Positions 27,969 through 35,103 of a stretch of 64,000 nt of DNA are shown in pieces. Origin of the DNA: a virus; IMG/VR virus record IMGVR_UViG_3300032308_001297, positions 64,001 through 128,000 of that record; one strand, given 5' to 3'. The first letter of the stretch is position 1; each line of letters begins with the position of its first letter. The translations under genes were made by a program, and so were the position numbers. The notes beneath the pieces are model-generated. The model did no database searches. It was not told the DNA's origin and worked only from the letters and a program-made list of their open reading frames with translations.

Positions 27969-28595
27969 TTATTTAAATTTTGGACCCTCAACCCAAATCA
28001 CTAAAGATTTTCTTATACCACGAAGAACAGGAGTAACTTTATGAATAAGAAAAGAAGGAAATGCTACTATTCTGCCTTTATGTAATGGTACAGGTAAAGC
28101 GTTATTTTCCATACCCATATTCATCAATAAATCGCCGCCAACAAAATCAGTACCAGATTCATTTAACAATAGGATCAAAGATAATTTTCTTGTGTCTTCA
28201 GTTTCGTTGATATTTTTTCCTAAAAACGTGTCCATATGCCAATCATAAGTTCCTTCGTTCTCAGAATCGTAAACTGTAAACTGAATTTTTTCGTAGCCAT
28301 TCAAATCAAAACCATAAAAATTATCGTTTATACTTTTAATGATATTATTAAATCTCTCAAAAATCCATCCAGTTTCTTTGTTTTTAGAAAAAAAATTAAC
28401 TTTTGATCTTCTGATATTATTATTTTCCGACAACCCATTTTTATCAAAAATTTTAGAATCGTCAAAAGAAAAAGTTTTTTCTAAATTTTGTAATTGAATT
28501 ATTTCTTCTTCCGAAAATCCATTATCCCAGAACACATAAGGATAAGTTGTTTTTTTCCTATCAGTAGGATTATTATGTATAGTAGTATAATTCAT
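27969..28595 (-). CDS. 2OG-Fe(II) oxygenase (PKHD/prolyl-hydroxylase-like)
   Basis: YDWHMD, RKLSL, FVGGDL, FPSFLIHKVTPV.RG.RKSLVIWVEGP. Confidence 0.9.
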   Translation of the reverse strand: MNYTTIHNNPTDRKKTTYPYVFWDNGFSEEEIIQLQNLEKTFSFDDSKIFDKNGLSENNNIRRSKVNFFSKNKETGWIFERFNNIIKSINDNFYGFDLNGYEKIQFTVYDSENEGTYDWHMDTFLGKNINETEDTRKLSLILLLNESGTDFVGGDLLMNMGMENNALPVPLHKGRIVAFPSFLIHKVTPVLRGIRKSLVIWVEGPKFK

Positions 28596-28608
28596 GACAA
28601 AAACTTTC

Positions 28609-28959
28609 TTAAATATTTGCTTCGAAACTATTAATTTTTCCTAACAATTCTTTGACTACACTAAGATCTTTTTTAATAAAAGGATCTAAAACTTCTTCTT
28701 TATGTTTTAACCAAACAGTTGGAGCGCTACGAATAACAAAATATTCCAATTCTTCTAAAGTTGGTATAGGTTTGTCGTAAAACATCAAATTATAATCAGA
28801 AGCACATCTTGTAGGATAACCATATTTTGTGGTTCTGATTTTTCCATTTTGTTCAAATTCAGTGGCTAACATTTCTTCGGTTACAATATCAGTCCAATAT
28901 CTAACAACCATAGAATGTTGCATTTCATCAACAGAAATAATTCTATAATTAATTTTCAT
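28609..28959 (-). CDS. Hypothetical protein (possible adhesin chaperone)
   Basis: 116-aa ORF directly downstream of the glycine-rich protein. Confidence 0.6.
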   Translation of the reverse strand: MKINYRIISVDEMQHSMVVRYWTDIVTEEMLATEFEQNGKIRTTKYGYPTRCASDYNLMFYDKPIPTLEELEYFVIRSAPTVWLKHKEEVLDPFIKKDLSVVKELLGKINSFEANI

Positions 28960-28960
28960 A

Positions 28961-30313
28961 TTATACCTTTGGACCGTTAATTGTTCCTGAGTTCACGTAA
29001 ATAATATTTGAGTTTCCACTGATTGCAGAACCTTGTGGTCCTGTTGCTCCTGTTGGACCTGTTGCACCTGTTGATCCTTTTGGACCGCTAGATCCTGGTG
29101 CGCCCGTTGGTCCTGTTGCACCTGCTGCTCCGTTTGGTCCTTTTGGTCCTGTTCCACCAGCACCACCACCTGAGCCGCCAGCAGCACCATCACCTCCATG
29201 AAAATGAGAATGTCCATCATACCAAGAAGATTGGCTGTGCGTCCCACCTGCGCCTGGATTACCAGCACCACCGATATTGCCACCAGAACCACCAGCACCA
29301 CCATGACTGTGATAACCATGATCATTAACGTGGTTGTGTGCTCCACCACCACCAGCGCCTCCACTGTTACCACTACCAGCACTACCTGCTCCGCCGCCCT
29401 CGACAGCACCACCACCGGCACCAACAGGGCTTCCACCGCCACCACCACCACCGCCGCCGCCAGTGTTGTGAATATGACGACCACCGCCACCACCACCACC
29501 GCCGCCACCGCCTCCGGTGCCGCCTGGACCCCCTGGACCTCCTGCACCGCCTGATCCTCCAGGACCTCCTGGACCGCCAGTACCGCCAGTACCTCCTGGA
29601 CCACCAACACCTCCGGCGCCACCAGTTCCGCCAGTGCCACCAGTGATAGTATTAGCGTTGTTTAATAGAATTCTAATACCTGAAACTGTATCTGCTTGTA
29701 GAGAAATACCACCAGAACCTCCGGTAGCGCCTGTACCACCAGCGTTGCCTATGCCACCAGGTCCACCAGCATTACCTGTGCCTCCAGTGCCACCAGCATT
29801 ACCTGTGCCTCCAGTGCCACCAGAACCTCCGGTAGCACCACCACCACCAGCATTTCCTGCTTGAACGTCAGTGTTATGGTTATGACCTTCCCAATGATCG
29901 CACCAATGATGGCCAGTTGGACCAGCCCAACCACCCCATCCACCGCCACCACCAGCACCTACGCCACCAGTAGAACCTGTACCACCAGCATTTCCTGCTG
30001 TTCCTGTAGTTCCTGTAGTTCCAGCAGTTCCTGTGGTTCCAGTAGTTCCGGAAGATCCAGTATTTCCTGTTGTTCCTGTAGCGCCTGTGATTACTGCATT
30101 ATTTTTAATATAAAGCCATGATCCACTTTTCCAAGAAGTTCCTGTTTTGAACGCTGCAGTTCCTGAACTTGTACTAGCAACATTCGCATCAATAAAACAG
30201 AAAACTGAAAGAGGATAGGCAGGATTAGATGCTTTGGCGTACAAATCTACGTTGTTTTCAGAAGCACTAATCTTAACAATTTTGGTTGGTCTTGGTAAAG
30301 GTACAACAAACAT
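28961..30313 (-). CDS. Glycine-rich (Gly-X-Y / polyglycine) putative receptor-binding adhesin with His-rich loops
   Basis: Long G-x-x and GG-x runs interrupted by GHHWCDHWEGHNH, HNHVNDHGYHSH and DGHSHFH; coupled to the upstream fibre gene. Confidence 0.7.
   Translation of the reverse strand: MFVVPLPRPTKIVKISASENNVDLYAKASNPAYPLSVFCFIDANVASTSSGTAAFKTGTSWKSGSWLYIKNNAVITGATGTTGNTGSSGTTGTTGTAGTTGTTGTAGNAGGTGSTGGVGAGGGGGWGGWAGPTGHHWCDHWEGHNHNTDVQAGNAGGGGATGGSGGTGGTGNAGGTGGTGNAGGPGGIGNAGGTGATGGSGGISLQADTVSGIRILLNNANTITGGTGGTGGAGGVGGPGGTGGTGGPGGPGGSGGAGGPGGPGGTGGGGGGGGGGGGRHIHNTGGGGGGGGGGSPVGAGGGAVEGGGAGSAGSGNSGGAGGGGAHNHVNDHGYHSHGGAGGSGGNIGGAGNPGAGGTHSQSSWYDGHSHFHGGDGAAGGSGGGAGGTGPKGPNGAAGATGPTGAPGSSGPKGSTGATGPTGATGPQGSAISGNSNIIYVNSGTINGPKV
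29763..29823. repeat. Exact 27-bp tandem duplication (about 2.3 copies) in the glycine-rich gene
   Basis: Unit ccaccagcattacctgtgcctccagtg, encoding a 9-aa T-G-G-T-G-N-A-G-G repeat on the minus strand. Confidence 0.85.
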
Positions 30314-31869
30314 TATTTCACGTCCGTTAAGTAAGAGCCATATAAATTATTTCCGTCAGAGATAAACGAGAACACGTCTCTGGCATTAGCTGTGGTAGTC
30401 AAAACAGGTGCTACACCAGCTGGCCATTTGAAAACTGAGTTCCAAGTCAAAGTTCTGCTTCCCGTTGCATCCTGAACCACATGTAATATATAGGTTCCTA
30501 TTTTAAGGTTGGATGGAGCAGCCATAGTTCTATTTCCACCAAGAGTAACAGTAGCAACCTGACCGGAAGCTGTGTTCCAAGAAACAGTAACGCCATCTGT
30601 TAGAGTCTGATTAAGAACGTTAGATGAAGCAATATCAATAGTTCCTGCAACTTTTAACGTTGTGGTGTTGGCAATAAAATTAGAACCAACAGTATAAGAA
30701 GCAGCATTAATAGTTCCAGTGGTATATACACCAGAAGTATTAGCAATAAACCAGTTAGTACTAGTGTTACCGCCAAAAAGAGTGTTAGCCTGAAAGTTAG
30801 CTACTTTAAAAGAAGTATTGGTTGTATCAATATAAACGTTGGCATCTGGCTCAGGAAGATAGCTATCAAAAACTTTCCAAATGCCATCAGATGCGTCTCT
30901 AAAGAATCCTGTATGACGGTATGTTCCATCATTATAATTACCAGCGAATCCAAGATCTGGGTTAGCAGTATTATTATTAGCATTCAAATAAATCATATTA
31001 TCGATGACAGAAAGATTGTTTGCACCGATAACATTAACATTAGAACCAACATATAGATTACCAGTAAGGGTAAGGTTTCCTAAAGTAATACTATCTGTCG
31101 ATCTTATATCTTGATTCATTCTATATGGAAGTCTGGCTTCGGCAAGAGTTCCACTAGAAATATTAGTAGCATTGGCTGCAAAAGTAGTAGCATTAGTATA
31201 AGTGTTTGCCGCTTTTAAATCAGTATAAGAACTAGAATTTGAGTATGCAGCGCCAGCGTTTGAAGTGATCCAAGAAGCAACATTGGCTACAGTGGCAGAA
31301 GAATTACCGAGATAAGTTGCTACGTTAGCAGTACCAGTAAAGTTAGTAGCAACAACAGTGTTACCGACTGTTAATGTATTAGAAACTTTGTCAAAAGTAA
31401 ATCCAGCAGAAGCATTAGAAAACTGCTGGTCATTAAACTGAACCTGTGTGTTTGAACCTGCAACCGAAGTAACATTTGCCCAATAAACAGAAGATCCGTT
31501 AGACTGAAGCGCCTGACCAGCAACACCAACACCACCGTTGGCAATCAAACCACTTGAAATAACAATATTAGCACTATAAGTGTGGATACCAGAGATTGTA
31601 TAATCTCCAGCAGTATTTACATAAGAGGCTGCAGCAACACCGCCTAAGTTGTTAGCATTATTCGCTGTTCCTGGGTAGGAAGAAGAACTAAGAGGCAATC
31701 CATCAATAGTAACACCAGTTGAATGTACTGAAGTATTTCCTATTGTGAAACCAGTGGAATGCACTGTTGAATTACCAACAGCAATCTGGCTAGTAAGAGT
31801 TACCGTATTACCAGCTGTATTAACTGTAAGATATTGACCTAAAGTACCTAACTGTTGGTTCTGAGCCAT
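30313..31869 (-). CDS. Tail fibre protein
   Basis: Asn/Ser/Thr-rich shaft; modules shared with the 965-, 575- and 588-aa fibres. Confidence 0.8.
   Translation of the reverse strand: MAQNQQLGTLGQYLTVNTAGNTVTLTSQIAVGNSTVHSTGFTIGNTSVHSTGVTIDGLPLSSSSYPGTANNANNLGGVAAASYVNTAGDYTISGIHTYSANIVISSGLIANGGVGVAGQALQSNGSSVYWANVTSVAGSNTQVQFNDQQFSNASAGFTFDKVSNTLTVGNTVVATNFTGTANVATYLGNSSATVANVASWITSNAGAAYSNSSSYTDLKAANTYTNATTFAANATNISSGTLAEARLPYRMNQDIRSTDSITLGNLTLTGNLYVGSNVNVIGANNLSVIDNMIYLNANNNTANPDLGFAGNYNDGTYRHTGFFRDASDGIWKVFDSYLPEPDANVYIDTTNTSFKVANFQANTLFGGNTSTNWFIANTSGVYTTGTINAASYTVGSNFIANTTTLKVAGTIDIASSNVLNQTLTDGVTVSWNTASGQVATVTLGGNRTMAAPSNLKIGTYILHVVQDATGSRTLTWNSVFKWPAGVAPVLTTTANARDVFSFISDGNNLYGSYLTDVK
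30824..30880. repeat. 57-bp exact direct repeat, copy 1 (copy 2 at 35783-35839)
   Basis: gtatcaatataaacgttggcatctggctcaggaagatagctatcaaaaactttccaa is identical in two fibre genes. Confidence 0.85.
31607..31641. repeat. 35-bp exact direct repeat, copy 1 (copy 2 at 35495-35529)
   Basis: ccagcagtatttacataagaggctgcagcaacacc (GVAAASYVNTAG). Confidence 0.85.
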
Positions 31870-31924
31870 AGCATTCTTTTCCTAATGTTTTATTCTTATT
31901 TAGTTAAACGGGATTTGATCCTAT

Positions 31925-32167
31925 CTATGTTGTAAATATGTCTGGCCAGAATGCTTTGAGTTCTTCAATATTAGAAACATTATCAAGGTCTGAATGAGTT
32001 GTAACATCTCTGAGTTCTTGTTTCTTAGCAACTATCTCAGTTGTATCTCCACCTTGTTCTAATGTTCTCATATACTCGACATCAAGTTTTTCTAATAGAG
32101 GTTTTCTTGCATCCCTTAGTTTGTTTTTGTGTATCTCTTTTGCTTTGTCCATATTGATAGTAATCAT
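31925..32167 (-). CDS. Tail fibre assembly chaperone-like protein
   Basis: KAKEIHK..LR.AR.PLL..LDVEYM...KQELRDVT...ELKAFWP. Confidence 0.7.
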   Translation of the reverse strand: MITINMDKAKEIHKNKLRDARKPLLEKLDVEYMRTLEQGGDTTEIVAKKQELRDVTTHSDLDNVSNIEELKAFWPDIFTT

Positions 32168-32418
32168 TGTTTCGCCTCCTGTTCTGCAAACCAGGCTTCG
32201 TGTCCAACACCATGTCCATGCGGATTAGAGAAATCTGCTTCCCATGCATTAAAATAGCTATCATCTTCTGGCAAATCTTGATCATTGACAATTAGATACG
32301 GAATACCAGGCGGCACATCTTTTCGAGCAATCTCCTCGATTGATACTCCACAATTAGATGCGGGTATGATCATTGCAATTGAACCGTTTTCTTGTGGATA
32401 TATAATCTTTTGCGACAT
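32164..32418 (-). CDS. Tail fibre assembly chaperone-like protein
   Basis: IEEIARKDVPPGIPYLIV...LP.D..YFNAWEADF. Confidence 0.7.
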   Translation of the reverse strand: MSQKIIYPQENGSIAMIIPASNCGVSIEEIARKDVPPGIPYLIVNDQDLPEDDSYFNAWEADFSNPHGHGVGHEAWFAEQEAKQ

Positions 32419-32427
32419 AATAAAATC

Positions 32428-33084
32428 CTATCTAACTACTATTATGTTGAGATACTTAGCATCTTGGCCGCCAGAGCCATTATTCCACACACAGGTAGCA
32501 AATCTAAAAGTAGTTGTGGTTGGTGCAACTTCTGCGTTACCTATTGTTGAATTAAACATAGGAGTTGCTCCTAGCGTAGTGCCGCCGACATAAGATGATA
32601 TTCCAATAATATAAGAGTAGTTTATATCTGGCATAGTAAAGTTAAGATTTACGGTGTAATCACCTGTAGCATTTTTAGTAATACTTGTAACACCTTGACT
32701 GGCACGAATAGAATTTGCTTGTGCATTGTAGTTTACCCATGCACGACAACCATAAGCATTACCTACAGAACCAAAACCGGAGTTAAAGGCGAATAGACCA
32801 TTAACGTCAATGCTTGCTCTGGCTGTATTATTTGTACCTAAAATCAATGATGAATTATCAACATTAATAAGATGTAGTCCGCTATAACCATATGGTGAAG
32901 CGGATTTCCAACCAATATATGATCTACTACTACCAGAAGCGTCTGTAGAGTTGATAAGACCAACAACATCAAGTTTTTGTTGAGGATTGGTTGAACCAAT
33001 ACCTACATCACCAGTATTAGAAAAAGTAATATTATTACTGGTTGCTGTAGGGTGTTTTAGATTAATTATCTGTAATGTTGACAT
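32428..33084 (-). CDS. Short fibre / tip protein
   Basis: MSTLQI N-terminus, GDVGIGSTNPQQKLDVVG repeat, C-terminal CRAWVNY...GDYTVN...PDINY tip domain. Confidence 0.7.
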   Translation of the reverse strand: MSTLQIINLKHPTATSNNITFSNTGDVGIGSTNPQQKLDVVGLINSTDASGSSRSYIGWKSASPYGYSGLHLINVDNSSLILGTNNTARASIDVNGLFAFNSGFGSVGNAYGCRAWVNYNAQANSIRASQGVTSITKNATGDYTVNLNFTMPDINYSYIIGISSYVGGTTLGATPMFNSTIGNAEVAPTTTTFRFATCVWNNGSGGQDAKYLNIIVVR

Positions 33085-33086
33085 TA

Positions 33087-33437
33087 TTAACCCTTTGGAT
33101 ATTTATCTTTGACTGCTTGTATTTGCGCAGACATTTCAGGCGAAAACGCACCAGCATGAAAGAGATCGTCTAACTGGTCGCCAATTGGTGGATATTCTGT
33201 TTTTCTTAAACGCTGATATTCTGTGTTATTGTATTCTTGTGTAATTCTATTCAACTCTGCTGATACTTGATTCCAAGTAATATCAAAGGTAGAAACATCA
33301 TCAGATAGAATGGAGCTTTGATTTTCGTCTTCACCAACAACTTTTCTGAACATAGAGTTGAACTCCTGTTCGTTTTTTGGATCACCCAGTAATACATAAT
33401 CCCATACTCCTAAGTTTTCTAAAGCCTTACCTATCAT
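33087..33437 (-). CDS. Fibre-tip chaperone-like protein
   Basis: YQRLRKTEYPPIGDQLDDLFH...VKDKYPK; paralogue of 34081-34383. Confidence 0.7.
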   Translation of the reverse strand: MIGKALENLGVWDYVLLGDPKNEQEFNSMFRKVVGEDENQSSILSDDVSTFDITWNQVSAELNRITQEYNNTEYQRLRKTEYPPIGDQLDDLFHAGAFSPEMSAQIQAVKDKYPKG

Positions 33438-34081
33438 GCCGCTACCTCCATAACAGTTATAGATGATGTTGTTCTTTGCGCCCAGTCAGAATTATCGGCG
33501 TCATTGACAGAACGGTTGAGATACGCTGTTGCACTACTCTGCATTTTTAATTGTATTCTATACGTCAAAGCGGATGTTGTTCCTGGTGAATCGAGATACT
33601 GATAATTCCATGGAGTAAACTGATGGTTACCGTCACCAATCGTCTGAAGGCCACCGAAAGTAGAAAGGACTCTTGAACCTGCGGCAGCAGCAATTCCGAT
33701 AGGTGTGTCATTTCTAGTAAATCTCGCCTGCATCGTTACGTTATAGACGACAGCCTGCATCGAAACCATAACTAATATGTTACTAGTCGCAGATGTTGGC
33801 GTGATTGATACAGATAAGTTTGGATGATTGGTAAAAGAGCCTGCAGCAAGAGTTGCTGTACCATTCCACCATGTTTGTTGAACTTGAAAAATACAACCTG
33901 CAAACATTCTTGCTCTAGGAATTGTTCCTGCAGACAAAGCTGAGGCGTTAATTCCAGAAGCCGAAACAGATGTAATAATTGCTGCAGTTTCAGCAGGAGC
34001 AGTAAGCGTATAAGTAGATGCCGTCGAAGGAACATCAATTGTTACTGCTCCTCCACCCGAAGATTGTAATTTAATTGGCAT
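33434..34081 (-). CDS. Short fibre / tip protein
   Basis: GCIFQVQQT...SITPTSATSNILV...LDSPGTTSALTYRIQ...SSITVMEVAA; paralogue of 34449-35093. Confidence 0.7.
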   Translation of the reverse strand: MPIKLQSSGGGAVTIDVPSTASTYTLTAPAETAAIITSVSASGINASALSAGTIPRARMFAGCIFQVQQTWWNGTATLAAGSFTNHPNLSVSITPTSATSNILVMVSMQAVVYNVTMQARFTRNDTPIGIAAAAGSRVLSTFGGLQTIGDGNHQFTPWNYQYLDSPGTTSALTYRIQLKMQSSATAYLNRSVNDADNSDWAQRTTSSITVMEVAA

Positions 34082-34383
34082 TAGTTACCCTTTGGAAACT
34101 TGTTCTTTACTTCGTCAATAGTTGCTTTCCATGCGTCATAACCACCGTGATACAGTGTATCAAACTGATCGGCGAATGATGGATATGCTTTTGCTCTATC
34201 TCTTTGATACTGGTTATTTAACCAAATCTGATGAAGACGATCACATTCATCTTCCAACTCTTTCTGAGTTGGCTTTGGTTTGTCATTACCTTCTAGCCAG
34301 TCTAGCCCAGAGTATTCTTCACCGTTGAGAACCCACTGTGCTCCTGGATATAATGATGTAAGTGCTTTTGATAAATCTCTCAT
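34081..34383 (-). CDS. Fibre-tip chaperone-like protein
   Basis: ALTSLYPGAQW...YQRDRAKAYPSFADQFDTLYH...VKNKFPK. Confidence 0.7.
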   Translation of the reverse strand: MRDLSKALTSLYPGAQWVLNGEEYSGLDWLEGNDKPKPTQKELEDECDRLHQIWLNNQYQRDRAKAYPSFADQFDTLYHGGYDAWKATIDEVKNKFPKGN

Positions 34384-34398
34384 AATTTCCTCTTATTG

Positions 34399-34449
34399 CT
34401 ATTGTGCTATTTCCATAACTGTGATATTTTGAATGCTAAGGGTTGACAT
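34399..34449 (-). pseudogene. 16-codon remnant of a deleted fibre-tip gene (MSTLSIQNITVMEIAQ*)
   Basis: Start resembles 32428-33084 (MSTLQI); end resembles 33434-34081 (ITVMEVAA); TAATG-coupled to the upstream gene. Confidence 0.7.
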
Positions 34450-35093
34450 TATACGGCAATTTCCTTTGCTATAAACGTTGAGGTCATTGTACCACCTAAG
34501 AAATTATCCGAATAGCTGATTGATCTGTTGAAATGATAAGTTGTGCTAACGTCTTGACCAAACTGTATTCTATAAATTATGGATGATGTGGTAGCTGGAC
34601 TATGTAAAAGTTCCATACTACATGTATTAAACTGGTTAGTATCACCATTAACAGCGTATCCAAAGTGACCACGAGAACGATTGCTATTAGCATCACCAAT
34701 TGGTGTCACATCGCTCCATGAGGATCCACCATTGGTGCTAAATTGAAACTTATAACGAACTGTACCTGTGTTTTGAGCACCAGTAATACAAGCTGTTAGT
34801 AATATTCTACTACTGCTTAAAGTTGGTGTTATTGTTACTCGAAACGCACTATCAAACTCATTCCAACTATTTCCACTAACCGCAATACTTGTAGTGCTTG
34901 TCTTAGCTGTTTGAACAACCTGTAAAATAGAACCAGCAGGCATAGATCCTGTTGTAATACCCCTCGAAGAAGTAGATAATGTGTTTGAACCAGAAATAGC
35001 GCCAGTAACACCTAAAGTTCCGCTAAAAGAAGCATTAGAAGAAAACGCTGAAGCTCCAGTAATAGTTCCAGAACCGTTAATTGTAATTGGCAT
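34449..35093 (-). CDS. Short fibre / tip protein
   Basis: GSILQVVQT...TITPTLSSSRILL...LHSPATTSSIIYRIQ...FIAKEIAV. Confidence 0.7.
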   Translation of the reverse strand: MPITINGSGTITGASAFSSNASFSGTLGVTGAISGSNTLSTSSRGITTGSMPAGSILQVVQTAKTSTTSIAVSGNSWNEFDSAFRVTITPTLSSSRILLTACITGAQNTGTVRYKFQFSTNGGSSWSDVTPIGDANSNRSRGHFGYAVNGDTNQFNTCSMELLHSPATTSSIIYRIQFGQDVSTTYHFNRSISYSDNFLGGTMTSTFIAKEIAV

Positions 35094-35103
35094 ACGAAAC
35101 TCC

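Noticed and set aside
29040-30090. Short-period repeats that could suggest a CRISPR array or satellite
   Set aside because: They are 9-bp-periodic coding repeats with no constant repeat/unique spacer structure, and no cas genes are present.
28993-30121. Multiple overlapping alternative-frame ORFs (His-rich, Pro-rich, Val-rich) across the glycine-rich gene
   Set aside because: Shadow ORFs produced by repetitive GGN codons that lack stops in other frames; no RBS or independent evidence.
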